Part shown: in pieces, positions 1 through 12,204 of the stretch
How the letters are laid out: each line of letters begins with the position of its first letter
Position numbering within the stretch: the first letter of the stretch is position 1
Assembly: GCA_013239625.1 (NCBI GenBank)
Contig: MU054001.1
Span: 372,001-436,000 of the forward strand
Source: Lama guanicoe
Taxonomy: Eukaryota
Reading direction: 5' to 3'
Length of the DNA: 64,000 nt
Translations under genes and position numbers: made by a program
The notes under the pieces: model-generated
Told to the model about the DNA's origin: nothing
Seen by the model: only the letters and a program-made list of their open reading frames with translations
The model's database searches: none

Positions 1-540
1 CACAACGGGGAGTTACAAATACTTGATCCAAAGTGTAAAAAATGGTCCCCTCACCTCTGTGCAGCCCGGAGCCTGGGCCGATTAAATCCATAATGGAATG
101 AGTAAGTTTGGGCCGCATAAATTTGTCTCCCTTCCCCAGGAATCCTGCCCGCCGACCAGCTAGATTAATGGCCAGGAGCCTCACACATAATGAAGTGCGC
201 TACCCCGGCACCCGCTCATGAATTTATTATGGTGTCCACAATTGGGCTGGATGGCGGAGACATCTTTATAAATCCTGCATTTAGCGCTACCGAGATGAGC
301 ACTTCACTCCTAATGGCGAACCTGATTTATCACCCGGGGCCCTGCTCCCCAGCCAGGCCCCTCCCTGGCACTTCTCGAAGGAAATCCAGGTCATCTTGCT
401 GATGGAAATGAAATGTGAAGGTAATTAGAGGATGCCAAATGGAGATGGGAAAGGGGGCACCATGGACATTTTAAATATGTTGGTCATCTTTTTCCTTGAA
501 GCAATTATATCAGGCTGATTTATTTTTACAGTTTATAATC
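1..540. promoter_or_regulatory. Candidate conserved non-coding element (enhancer-like), may extend past the window start
   Basis: Repeat-free, retains many CpGs, dense TAAT/ATTA cores, TGATTTAT (PBX-HOX type) at 323-330 and 516-523. Confidence 0.55.
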
Positions 541-879
541 ACTTAACTACCTGTGGCTGGGGATTTTTTTTTTCCTTTAACCTCTAGCTTTGGAACAAGA
601 GACAGGCTTTGGATTTCTCTCTTCTTAGGATGGTCTAAGGGGAATTTGTTCTGAGGGCCTCAGGCTCTGAGTTCCTTCGCAATTCTGTAGCCAGAGCAGC
701 TGATGGCTGGAGAGTCCTTAGTCAGTCCCTCTCTGGGGTACCCTTATTGCGTGTGTAGCCCTCAGCAGTTTTCAGGATCCATCTCCAGGTGAACATGTAC
801 AAATATCTACTTCTTCTGGAAGGTCATGGGGGCTGGCCAATGACAGGTGTAGAAAGAGAATGACTAAGAATTGTGTCCA

Positions 880-1085
880 AAAGGTCCTGGACTCCAATTT
901 CAGCTCCTCCACTTCTTGGCCAGCTGACTCCTGGATGTCTTTAAGCCTCAGTTTCTCCATCCATAAAATGGGTCTTTTCATAATAATAGTATCTTTCTTA
1001 GGCTGCTGTGAAATTATATGGGGAAATGTTTGCAAACTCTTAGTACAATGCCTGGCACCTACTAACTACCGAGGAATGTTAGCTA
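880..1085 (+). mobile_element. MIR SINE
   Basis: MIR core gcctcagtttctccatccataaaatggg...ataatagta...cttagtacaatgcctggcac. Confidence 0.8.
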
Positions 1086-1283
1086 ATTGTAAAATATTCA
1101 GGGCCACCACTTTATAAGCAGGTCAACTCATATTTAAATTGAGAATTAATTATGTTTTAGATCCTGTGAATATAGACTTAAGGCTCCACCTACCACTTTG
1201 CCTCTTGATTAATGGGTAAGGTAGTGCAGTAAAGACAATTTCAGTACAGAACTGCAGGGACAATGGGAGGACCGTGGTGGTGG

Positions 1284-1327
1284 GGTCTCCCTAAACCCTA
1301 AGAATGGTCTCCCTAAACCCTAAGAAT
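1284..1327. repeat. Perfect 22-bp tandem duplication (ggtctccctaaaccctaagaat x2)
   Basis: Units at 1284-1305 and 1306-1327 read directly. Confidence 0.95.
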
Positions 1328-1384
1328 GCTGTACCAGGGAGGGCTTCCTGGAAAAGAGGAACCTTATCTTTAAAGCATCAGTTA

Positions 1385-1560
1385 CAGTGTACATACCATT
1401 TTTATATGTAGTATCTTATTTAATTTTTATAACAATCTTGTGAGGTAGACAATTTATAGATGAGGAGATGGGGAACAGAGAGGCTGGGTGGCCTGCAGGA
1501 GGCAGCACAGAGCACCAGAGAGGTCACAGGACTCAGGGTCTGCTGACTTGGATTTGAATC
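1385..1560 (-). mobile_element. MIR SINE
   Basis: tcttatttaatttttataacaatcttgtgaggtag...tttatagatgaggagatg (reverse MIR core). Confidence 0.65.
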
Positions 1561-1749
1561 TTAGCAGGGCATCGGCTTCATGCACTGGTGATGCCCTTGG
1601 CACATTATACCACACGTATTAAAAGGGCCAGTCATTTCCCATTTAATATAAGTTAACCATCTAAGAGTTTGGTTGGGATGCCTTTAACTGGGTGACATAG
1701 TGTGTGTATGTGAGATATATAAATATAGATATAGATACAGATATAATCT

Positions 1750-2665
1750 CTTGCAGATGCTTTTACGATTTTTGTCCTCACCTCTGGTTTCCAATAGTTA
1801 TTTTATGATATGTGTTTTTCTTTGTATTTAATCTGTTTGCAGTTTGTAGCACACCTTGAACATATCTCTTGATGTCTTTTGCAGTCTGGCCAAATTCTCA
1901 GCCATTATCTTTCTAAATACTGCTTTTTCTCTAGTCTCTATTGTTCTCCCTTCCTAGATATTTTTAGACTGGATATTTTCTACCCACATACTTTCCAGAT
2001 CATCAATCCTCTTTTTAGTGGTGTCTAATCTTCTGTTAAATCCATTTATTAATTTTTGTTACTATGTTTTCCACCTCTAGAGTTTCTATATGATTTATTA
2101 AATATAGATTTTGGTCTTCAGTCAAATTCTCCATTTCTAATTCTATTTTCCTTAACATAGGAATGAAAGTCATTTTAAAGTCCATATCTGATAAGTCCAA
2201 TATCTGGATTACCTGTAAGTCTGTTCTTTTGTCCTTGTTCTTTCGGTCTTGCCCCCTAGTATGTCTGGTAAGTTTTTAATAAATTACCAACTATTGTGTA
2301 TTAAAAATTGTAGAGGCTCTGATGCTGTTTTCTTCTTTAGGGAGTTTAGCTTCTGGCAGCCAATTAAAGCAGAATCAGATCACCTTAAACCAATCAGGTA
2401 TTGAGATGACCTGAGGTCAGGTCTCAGCCTCTCCATCTCTGCCACTTAAGTACTAGCCGATGTCTTGAGGAGAAAAGTGGTTGAGAACGTCAGGTTTGTC
2501 TCCATGAGTTTCTCTTCTCTTTGGAATTATGGGTCCTCAGGTCTTGGCTGCTTGGTGTTTCTCCGAAGCCTTCAAACAGAATTTTAAAAAATGTTTATCT
2601 AGTTTTTGAAGTTATTCTCATGGAAAGGCGATCTGCTACAAACTCATAGCCAGAGGAGAAGTCTG
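1750..2665 (-). mobile_element. Old L1 (L1M-type) 5'/ORF1 region fragment
   Basis: T-rich antisense L1 signature caaattctcagccattatctttctaaatactgct, gtgtctaatcttctgttaaatccattta. Confidence 0.7.
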
Positions 2666-2809
2666 GCATATATTAAGTACGATTTTGTAGTTTTCTTTTC
2701 ATATTTTAGTGCATGTAATTTTTATTTTTGTCTCAACTTATTTTCATAGGCTCTTTACAAGTTTGTAGACCCTGTACTCTGCAACTTACCAACTGAATAA
2801 GGTTAGTAA

Positions 2810-3510
2810 TGATACTGACAGTAACAACTGATATTTATTCAGTGCTTGTTATATGTCAGAAATGATTCTCACTGCTTTTACATATATTAATGTATCGGAT
2901 CATCATTAAATCCATTTTATGGATGAGAACTGAGGCACAGAAAGTATGGCAGCCAGCATCCAGGATGGCCCCGAATGCTCCCTGTCTCCTGGCCATCACA
3001 CTGCTATACCAGGCTTGCTCTGTATGACCAATAAATGATGGCAGAGGTGATGGTATATCACTGCTGATTTTTGGCTATAAGAGACACTACAGCTTCTGTC
3101 TTGATTACTCACTGACAAATCACTCTCACATATCACTTGTTCTCTCTCAGACCCCTTGCTTTGGAGAAGCCATCTGCCATGTCACAAGGACTCCCATTTT
3201 ATGGAGAGGCAAGGAAATGAATGAGGTCTCTTGCCCACAGCCAAGGCAATGAGCTCAGAAGCAAGTACTTCAGCCCCAATCAAGACTTCAGATGACTGCA
3301 GCCCCAGCCTGCAGCATTACTGCAACCTCAGGAGAGATTCTGAGCTAGAACCATCCAGCTAAGACCCTGCTGGATTCATGACTCACAGAAACTGGGTGAG
3401 ATAATATATATGTGTGATCTTCAGCTGCTAATTTGTTATGCAGCAATGGGTAATTAATCCAGAGAGGTCTAAAAATGTTCACACCGATAGTGTGTGGCTG
3501 AGTGGGATTA
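2810..3510 (-). mobile_element. MIR SINE split by an MLT1 LTR
   Basis: ccattttatggatgagaactgaggcacagaaag up to 2944, resumes gagaggtc at 3462. Confidence 0.7.
2945..3461 (+). mobile_element. MaLR solo LTR (MLT1F/G-like)
   Basis: Motifs ggatggcccc, cttcagatgactgcagcccca, ccagctaag, tttgttatgcagcaat; imperfect 5-bp TSD gaaag/gagag. Confidence 0.8.
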
Positions 3511-3749
3511 ACTTGGGAAAACTCCCAGGCAAACTATTGTGGGAAAATAAAAGACTATAGTCTGAACATTTAAGTTGAAAAAACTTAAAATTTAAAAACA
3601 AGATTCTGTTGTTTTTAAGGGCTGAATTCTGGGAAGGAAGTAGGGAGAGCTCATCCGCCAGAGGCAGGGAACTTCCTCTCCCCTATTTCTTAACACATCA
3701 GACTTTCTTTTTGGGGTACAACCTAAGATCTCTTGAGAGAAACTGTTGG

Positions 3750-4004
3750 CTGACAGTCACCAAGAGAATAAAATCTTCAGGCCTGTGATGTCAAGGAACT
3801 GAATTCTGTGAACAACCTGGATGAGTCTGGAAGAAGACCCCACAGCAAGCTGGGGCCAACACCTGATTTCAGCCTTGTGAGACCCTGAACATAGACTCTA
3901 TGCTGTATCCAGACTTTGGAGCCATGAAATTGTGAGATAATAAATATGATCATCTAAACCATTATGTTTGTGGTAAGTGCTATGCTACAACCAAAACTTA
4001 ATAC
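3750..4004 (+). mobile_element. MaLR LTR 3' part (MLT1E-like)
   Basis: caaggaactgaattctg...aacacctgatttcagccttgtgagaccctga...gagataataaat...taataca end. Confidence 0.75.
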
Positions 4005-4609
4005 AGAGCTAAAATGCAACACTGAATTTTTAAAAGTCAGTAAAGTAGTATAATAAGGTTCTTGTAAAAGATTCCTTTCCCCATTTGAAATTAGAAATGA
4101 TGGCTGACAAGAACAAGTTTTATTTTAGTCCCAAATCCAGTTTTGTTCTGAATATTGCTGAGTCTCAAGAATATCCAGATTCCCTTAGATAAGTAGTTAT
4201 TAATAACTCAATTTGCAAGTTCTGGGTGCTCTTCAATTATACAGAGCTGGAAAGAGAAGCTTAATTTCAGGGTCTGTCCCAGAGCAATTTTGCTTGGCAG
4301 CGTGAGTTAATGGTGGTCCTGGGTATATTAAATTTGGGATCCAACATCTTGAGAGTCACAGGGATTTCTAAAAATTACAGTCTTAAAAATAGCCAAAATT
4401 ATGTTTTAAAAAGAATTTTAAGTGAAATGTTTAGGAAATCTTGAGGGGCTTCCATCAAATCCAGGGCTGCAGAAGACAGGCAAAATCCCAGATTGACAAT
4501 TTACCCAAGGACCTCCCAGCTGCACATTTTTTATTGATCTGAAATTATTTTAGAGTTCTTTGCCTCTTCTTTCATACTACCTTAGAAAGTCATTACAAGT
4601 TACAAGTAT

Positions 4610-4750
4610 TAACAGATACATATACATGTGTGTGTATATGGTATTATATAGGTATTATAGATGTATCTGTAAATATATGAGGCGTTATATACATCTGTAT
4701 ATGCATGTATGTGTATGTCATATATATGATATTATATATGGATGTGCATT
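4610..4750. repeat. TA/TG low-complexity tract
   Basis: Degenerate (TA)/(TG) dinucleotides. Confidence 0.8.
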
Positions 4751-5033
4751 TCTGGAAAGGGAGCCAAGTTCTGAATAGGAGGTGGAGCTAAGAGCACTGA
4801 GGGACACAGGTTAATGTGTGTATATATATAATTACTTGAAAATACAATTATTTGAGAATTTGTTCCTGCATTTAAAGTTGTTAAACTTTAATCCTCTGCT
4901 GAATTTTCGTTTTGTACTTGGTGAAGAAGATCAGCATACCAAGGAGGCCAAAGAGATTTGATATCTGTTACAGCTGCCCTGGAAATCTGACTTCAGTTGT
5001 GCAAAGATACACAGTCTGAGAAGTGGTCCAGAG

Positions 5034-5205
5034 CAGGGGTTTTTAACATCAAGACTACTGACACTTGGGGTCAGATAATTCTTTGGTGTAAGGGGCCGTC
5101 CTGAGAATTGGAGGATGCTTAGCGGCATATCTCGCCTCCACCCACAAGATTCCAGGAGCATTGCCCCCCACCTCCACCCCGACTCTCTGATCATCAAAAC
5201 CATCC
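5034..5205 (-). mobile_element. MER20 (hAT-Charlie) DNA transposon fragment
   Basis: caggggttttt...actgacacttggggtcagataattctttgg...aggatgcttagcggcat matches the reverse MER20 consensus. Confidence 0.8.
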
Positions 5206-5409
5206 AGCTGAGAGCCTTTGCTTTAGAAGAAACCAAGCTTCAGGCTTATAGCAGCGGTTCAAGAAAAAATCCAGTTTTCATCTTCTCTTAGACCTCTGTC
5301 ACTCTGGCACTCAGTATTTAGGAATCTTCAGTCCTCTCAAACAGGAAAATTTTGTTGAACTCTAGACTACAGTTGATATAATCCAGAAATTATATAATTT
5401 CAAAAATTC

Positions 5410-5495
5410 CAATTTCAGGAATGGAGAAACTGAGACCCAGAGAGGGGAAGAAACTTATACAAGGGCACACAGAGTCAGGGATGGGATTTGAACCT
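5410..5495 (-). mobile_element. MIR fragment
   Basis: gagaaactgagacccagagagggg...gggatttgaacc. Confidence 0.7.
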
Positions 5496-5629
5496 TTCCC
5501 TGGTTGATAAGCTCCCCCCCATCTTCTCTGTCTCTTTCTCTCTTGGACACACACACACACACATACACCCCCATCCTCTCCCCTGACCCCAGGAGTCTGC
5601 ACAGATTGGAGCTAACACACATTCAAGGC

Positions 5630-5960
5630 AAGAAGGGAGGCGCTGTTCCATCAACTAATCAAATACACATAAAAGCTCTTTCTGAACTATAATTACGTTT
5701 GTTCACTCTTTGGGTTGATTTATTTTTTATTTTAATTGTCAGCCCTGCTCCACCATGATGCTAATAGAAATGTTATTGCAGCCAATACGCGCTAAAATGA
5801 TGTCTAAAGATTATTAATGAGAGCAATAAGAAGGTGTCTTCATAATAAGTCAGCATTAACGGAGTAATTCATTTTACCTGATGTAATTGGATTGTAGCGT
5901 TTCAATAGCCTGGGACTTCCTCCTAATTGGGATTAGCTGCAGCTTCCTCCTTTTAGGGGA
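5630..5960. promoter_or_regulatory. Candidate conserved non-coding element
   Basis: AT-rich, repeat-free, many TAAT cores, TGATTTAT 5716-5723 with TGTCA (MEIS) 5737-5741. Confidence 0.55.
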
Positions 5961-6110
5961 ACATTTAACTCTTCCTCTTCTACTTTCCAGTGTTTTATGA
6001 AGTAATTAAATGTGAACTGTGGAACATTTCTGGAGAGGAAGCCAAGATCTGAGGACATGCTGGGTGGAGAGGGGACGGGGCGGAGCTGACTGAGAAGCCT
6101 AGTCCTGCTG

Positions 6111-6450
6111 CCTGTCCTCTCCTCTCTCCCTCCCTCCTCCTCTTCCTTCCCACCTCTTTTTCCCTTCCCTTACTCCTTCCCCTTTCTCCTCCCTCCCTTC
6201 TTCCTCCTCCCCTCCCCCTTTCTTCCTTCTCTCCCCCTCCCTTTTTTCCTTCCCCTCCCCCTCTCTCTCCTCCCCTCCCTTCCATCTTTCTTTCTCCTCC
6301 TCTCTCCTGCCCCCTTTCTTCCTTCTCCTCCTCCCCTCCCTCTTCCTTCCTCCTTCCCTCCCTCCTCTTTCCTCTTCCCCTCCCCCTTTCTTCCTCCTCC
6401 CCTCTCATTTTCCCTCCCTCCCTCCCTCCCTCTGTTCTCTTCCTCCTGCC
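6111..6450. repeat. ~340-bp polypyrimidine (CT-rich) low-complexity tract
   Basis: Nearly pure C/T with only a handful of purines. Confidence 0.95.
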
Positions 6451-7234
6451 CAACAGATCTTTCTCTTCGTGAGTGAGTCTGAGGTCTTAGCGCACAGGGT
6501 AGAGAACCGAGGCTGGACACGTCTCCTCTGAGGAAGGAAACATACCTCAGCCTCCCCTGGTACTGGGATTCAGGTCTTGTACTTTGCATTTGCTATTTCA
6601 CCGAATTGTCTTGATGACTATGGAAAAGGCTCCAAGTGCCCTCGTTTTTCTGGTGGGGAAATCAGGGCTCAGGGATAAAAACCATGATGCCTGCCTGCCC
6701 TGCCTGCCACCCTTTTCAGCGAGCCAGGAACGCTGGGGCAGACTTCCCCAAACTGTGGGCTTCATGGTATGGGGAAAGGATTTTAGGGGGTGTAGGCCAA
6801 AGAGTTTTTACTGAATAGTTATGTGATTTCAACAGGAGTAAGGAAGAAAATGAGAATTACTTGCACATCAAACCCTCTCAATGCAAATTTAAGTAAAAAG
6901 GGAGTCAATATAAGGAAGCGCATCAGGTAAATACATACAATACACACTGTGTGGCTCCTGGCTCTTCAGTGGGGCCTAGGGAGGCCGCACAGCCTGGTCT
7001 CTTTCACGGATCACTCTGCACTCTCAGCCGCATCAGCTCATTTAAGGAGCAGAGGAATTATTGGGAGGATATTCCTGGCAAGGGCCATCTACGCCTTTGC
7101 ACTGAGCACCAAGGTCAGGGATGGGGCCTCTGGGCCCCCAGACATCGTCATCAAATGACACTACAGTGAGCAGCAAAGCTAGTGGCAGTGAATCATCACA
7201 GTAAAGCCAGTCATCTTCACCATCATCTAGATAG

Positions 7235-7395
7235 AGACCAGCACATACTAAGTTGTTATCATGTGCCAGGCACCTGGCACCTCACATTTAATCTTTACAA
7301 TCCTTACAGTGATTTTCTTTGTTATCTTACCTTTATTATGTCCACTGAGGCACAGAGAGCACAAGCAAGTTGTCCGAGCTCACACAGCATTCCCA
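7235..7395 (-). mobile_element. MIR SINE
   Basis: catgtgccaggcac...atttaatctttacaatcct...actgaggcacagagag. Confidence 0.7.
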
Positions 7396-7749
7396 GGCAG
7401 CCTGGAGAAAGAGGCTGAGATGATGGCTCAGAGCAGGGAGGCCAGGTGGCAGCCAGGACATAGCTGAATAATGCCACAGCCCCAGTCCTGGTCACCACTG
7501 CAGCCCCATAGCCTCTCTGACCTTTGACCTGGATGTGGTTTTCACTACCAGAACACCTCTCCATCCTCTGCCCTGCTTGGGACCACAAGCACCTCTTCCA
7601 AAGATATAGCTAGACATCCCCACTTGGCTAGTCCTAGGTCACGTGACCACATCCCAGCCACAGGGATGGCCAGGAAAGTGGTTGTCCAGCTTCTACAGTG
7701 TGGTGTGGGCTCTGCCCCATAAGCTGCAGGTGGTGCAGAATTTCTGAAC

Positions 7750-8199
7750 AAGGTTACCCTCAAACTCTTTGGTTTACGACCCCTTTGCACTTAAAAAAAA
7801 CTATTCTTATTGAGGAGCCCAAAGATCTTTTGTTTAGGTGGATTATATCAATTGATATCTACTGTGTTAGAAATTAAAAATGAGAAATATTTACTCATTA
7901 ATTTATTTTAAAATAACAATAATGAACCCACTATATGCTTACATAGATAAGCAAATTTAGCCAGAAGTGTCACAATTGTACACTTTTGCACATCTCTTTA
8001 CTATCTGACTTAACAGATTCTCATTTGCTCCTGCATCAATCTGTTATAACATCCAACATCATGTAGCCTCGGGGAAACCTTCTTGTATACACATAAGAAA
8101 GTCACAATTTAAAGAAAAAGGCAAATAGTATTACTATGAAGACAGTGGCTGGGTTTCAGGAACCCCCAGGGGTTCCCTGATCTCACTTTGAGAACCACT
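7750..8199 (+). mobile_element. hAT-Charlie non-autonomous element (Charlie4a-like)
   Basis: ctcaaactctttgg...gacccctttgcact...attgaggagcccaaagatcttttgttt; ends cactttgagaaccact (Charlie TIR). Confidence 0.75.
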
Positions 8200-8489
8200 A
8201 TCCTAACACACAGAGCAACTCCAGTGCTCAGACAAAAGCCAATACTTAGGTTATGACCCCTGCACCTATGACCTTCCTAAGGCTGAACTGAGTTTAGAGG
8301 GCGGTTTTTCCATAGTACACAGCCTTGGCACCCTCAGGAGCTGTCTGCAGAAAGCCCTGGACAATAAGAGGATTTTTCTGATCCCTCGGTATTCCTGGGC
8401 TAGTCGTTTGAGAAGATAGAGACTTTTAACCTAAGGACATGGTTCCTACCTCCTAGAGTGCCACGTAGGGCATTTTTCAGCACTGGAGG

Positions 8490-8665
8490 CATGTCCGAGA
8501 GACCAAGTTCAAATCCTGGCTCTGATCTTTACTACCTGTGTCTCCTGAGCAAGTTGCTTTTCTTCTCTGAGCCTCAGTTTACTGCTGTGTATATTGGGAT
8601 CCTGCCAGAAGCCACGACAAGAGTTGATTGGACAATGCATGTAAAGAGGGTTCACACATAATATG
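8490..8665 (+). mobile_element. MIR SINE
   Basis: agttcaaatcctggctctg...gagcaagttgctt...ctctgagcctcagttt. Confidence 0.8.
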
Positions 8666-9419
8666 TATTAAATAATACTATAGAGGAGTTCAACAGTCTG
8701 ATGACAGACTAGATTGCATAGCTTTGTAAAGAGGATGCTACAGGACCCGTCACGCACGTCATAAGCACAGCTTCTAAAATGCTTGTGGAGGCGCACACAA
8801 GATGGGATTATGAGGCGCTGGGGTGGTACTAGGCACTTCTGTTGCATGGGAGGAAACTGAAACAACCCAAATGTCAAATGTAAGCCTGGAACTGAAGCCG
8901 CTGACTCAGGGAGATTACATTCCACCCCCCTGTCCCCTACACCGAGAACCAGGGGAGCTGGGACAGCATCTCTTGGTTGCTGAGCACACAGAGGACAGAG
9001 GCTGCCTGTCTGTCTGTCGGCAGTGCATTTGAATTAGCGTTTGAGGCCATCAAGATGCCAAGGAGGATTCTCTGCCAGGCCAAACCTGGGTTCTGTCCAA
9101 AAGCCACTTGCAAGGACAGCAGAGAAAATGTGATGGTCACAAGCCAGGCCTTGCGATGATGGGGGTTTTGCCTTCCTCCATTTTCCATCAGCCTGGGGTG
9201 TTTATCGTGGCCTCTCTCTGCAGTCTGGCTGGGAGTGGGGGGCACTGGGGCTAAGGTAGTGGGAAGTCTCCAGGTCTCCATCCTGAGAGGTATTTCTTTC
9301 TTAGGGGTTGCGGCAGGAATCGGCAGTATCTGGGCTGGAAACACAAAAAAGGAAGTGGTGCTCCCCCGTCCTGAGCACCCCACAACCTCCCCTGACTGCC
9401 ACAGCTGCGCTGCTGAGCC

Positions 9420-9790
9420 TCAGATTGTCCCACTATTGATTCCCCCCTCCCATAATGAACTGTAACAACAACTCCATTACTCTGGGCTCGTCCATTGGCT
9501 AAGGATAATATAAAATTAGCCAGCGTGCATGGGGCCTCTTAGGATCGATTTCCCTACTCAGATTACTTGTTACGAAAGAATAGAGCTGTCTCCCCCGTAA
9601 TTGAACAAGTTAACTCCTTGTCTCATAAAATGTAAGCCAGTATTGATTGGCTGTTGTGGTGTGCAGAGGGGGGCTTGGAGAGGGGTGGGAGCACAGGGCA
9701 TGGGGATGCTCTTTCTTTCCCCCACCCCTCCCTTGTGCTCCCGCCCCGCCCCCCCTCCCAGCTTTATAGGTTGGTGCATCAATCCTGAGG
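9420..9790. promoter_or_regulatory. Candidate regulatory element with CCAAT boxes and GC box
   Basis: ATTGG 9494-9498, TGATTGGCT 9644-9652, ccgccccgccccccc 9741-9755, several TAAT cores, repeat-free. Confidence 0.4.
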
Positions 9791-9889
9791 CTGGATCCTT
9801 GGTCTGAATACTTATGAGGAGAGTGTCTCTGAACCTGTTTCACACCCTCACCCCCTGCCTTTCCAGGTGGGTATGCCTGTCAGAACACT

Positions 9890-10070
9890 TGAGGCTCTGA
9901 ACTCACACGGACCTGGGTTCAAATTCTGACTCTGTCAAATGCTGGCCATGTGACCTTGGACCAGGTACCCAGTCCATCTATTATGGGGTAATAGCATAAC
10001 CACCTTAGAGATCACTGAAGAGGATCAGATGAGCTAACTCACATACCAAGCCAGGCTTGCAGGGCAGGCA
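9890..10070 (+). mobile_element. MIR SINE
   Basis: gacctgggttcaaattctgactctg...tgtgaccttgg. Confidence 0.75.
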
Positions 10071-10834
10071 GAGCAGGAATGGCTATTAGTGTTTTTGTGC
10101 TTGTTTTAATTTATGTCAGTCATAGAAACCCATCAAGGTAATGTATGCAATTAAGACACATGGTTTTTTGTTGGGTGAGTGAGTGGAGCATTTAAGCAGT
10201 GGGGCCAGAAAGTCCAGTTTTCAATACCTCTTACCATCTTTCATGTGTGGTCAAAAACCACAGGCGTCATGATGGGCAGGGTGATTCTGGCACGTTTTCA
10301 AACTGGAGTGGTGGCTTTGGCACTCTGGAAAGGAAGGGCTCACCTTGCTGACCACATCAGCTCGCCAGCCCCACCTGACCCTCAGCCTCCCCACCAAACT
10401 GTTGCAGCCCCATCATCTCACGCAGCCTGGGTGGACGTGGTGAACGAGACCACCTGCTGTCGGGAGAGGGCTCGTGTTCGCTGAGTTTGGGACCATTTCC
10501 AAGGGTCTGCACATCAAAGGGCAGTGGGCAGTGTGTGCCCAGGGAAGTCCAGTTTTCAAGGCTATCATCTCCTAGCGACTTTGGCTGGGATGTCAAAAAG
10601 GAGGGGATGGGGGCAGTGAAGAAAGGAAGTAAACAGCAGCCCAGGACCTGGGTCTGGGTTCATGGTTTATGCTCATGGAAAACAGTAGCCCATCAAATAG
10701 AGTATTGACAGATTTTCCCCTTAACCTAGGTGTGAGGTAACAGGCTCATTCTACAGCAGGGAAGAACAGTAAACTCACTCAGGAATGACTTCTTCATTAG
10801 CCATGCAATTTGGGAATTTTTGTTCCGGTAATGT

Positions 10835-11165
10835 CAGTAATAATAATATCCACATTTACTGGGCTTACTCTGTGCTGGGCTCTGTTCTAAACACTTGGCC
10901 AGTGTTTCCTTACAGAAACCTGCCAGCAGTCTTCTATCTGAGTGACATTATTACTGTAGCACGCATCACTTGGTTGAGCCCTAGTCTGTGCACAGACTAC
11001 AGGAAGTGTTCTGTAAGATTGTCTCAATGGTCCTCACCATGAGGATGATACCATCTCCACTTTCTAGTGAGGAAACAGATTAAGCACCTTGCACACAACT
11101 GTTAAAAGAGAACTGGGTTTGAAATCCAGGAATGCCAACCTCAGAAACCGGTGCTTGAAACTACT
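10835..11165 (-). mobile_element. MIR fragments
   Basis: atttactgggcttactctgtgctgggc...gaggaaacag...gggtttgaaatccagg. Confidence 0.6.
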
Positions 11166-11329
11166 TCCCTCCGCTGCATCTCTCTCATGTGAAAACTAAG
11201 ACTGATGAAAGTGACATTTTAGACTCTAACGGACAAAAAGCCCTTGCTATAATTTTCTGGATTGCTTTCGGTGGTGGTGGTGGGACAGGTTTATGTTTTA
11301 TGAGCTGAAGAGGTCACTTGTTTGGTGAC

Positions 11330-11580
11330 AGAGGAGGCAGCGTGGTCAAATGAAGCAGCATGGGGTTCATGATAAGAAGAGAGACCTTCAAGTGCTAGCT
11401 TTGCCATTTACTGGCTGTGTGACTTTGAGCAAGATCCTCAGCCTCTCTGAGTTTTGGCTTCTTTATCTGTAAAATGGAATAAGAATAATCTCTGTCTTGG
11501 AAATTACAGAGAATCAAATGAAATAATGTACCTAGAAAACACTGTGAAGCACTACGGAAACATTCATGCTGTTAGCCTAA
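11330..11580 (+). mobile_element. MIR SINE (near full length)
   Basis: ttgccatttactggctgtgtgactttgagcaag...ctctctgag...atctgtaaaatggaataagaata. Confidence 0.8.
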
Positions 11581-12204
11581 CAATATGCCGATTAATAATG
11601 ACAGTAAAATTGAGAGCAGCAGTAGACCAGTGAATTTCCCAGGGAGTATTGAAATATTATGAAATTATAAATATGAAATATTATGGGGTGCTGGGACTCT
11701 GTAATCAAGACAGTACTTTCTAAGCTTGCTTTTCTTACTGGGTGCTGGAGTATCAAGGGCACATGCAATGCAGAGTGGAGAGAAGGCAGCAGACGATCAG
11801 ATTCTCGCCTGCTGTGCCCCCTCAACCCCCCACAAGTTAAATGAGTGACCTGGCACAGTCTCTTTCCCCATTCTCAGTCCCAGCTGTCCTAACTGTGAGG
11901 AGACTGGGTCAGAGAGGGGCTCCTAAATGTGCCACCCAACTCTGATCTTTTTTCACTGTTTTTTTTCATGTGGAAGGTAGCAACAGGCACCCTTCCTGGA
12001 TGTCCCCCAGTCCCAACTGTCCCAGCACACCTAAGTCAGAACTCTGGGTTGTGGCCCCATCTTGCTCTTCCCTGTCTTCCCATCTCAGGAAGTGAAATGG
12101 TCATCCAGGCCAATAACTGTGGGGCCACTCTGAACCTCTGTCTCTCTTACTCCTCATCCAGCCCATCAGCAAATTGGGCTCTGGAAGATGAAATTCCAAA
12201 ATTC

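Noticed and set aside
1289..1324. CCCTAAACCCTAA resembling plant-type telomeric repeat
   Set aside because: Fewer than two units per copy; explained by the local 22-bp duplication
5995..6589. 139-152 aa G/R/E-rich ORFs on the minus strand
   Set aside because: Translations of the CT-rich low-complexity tract
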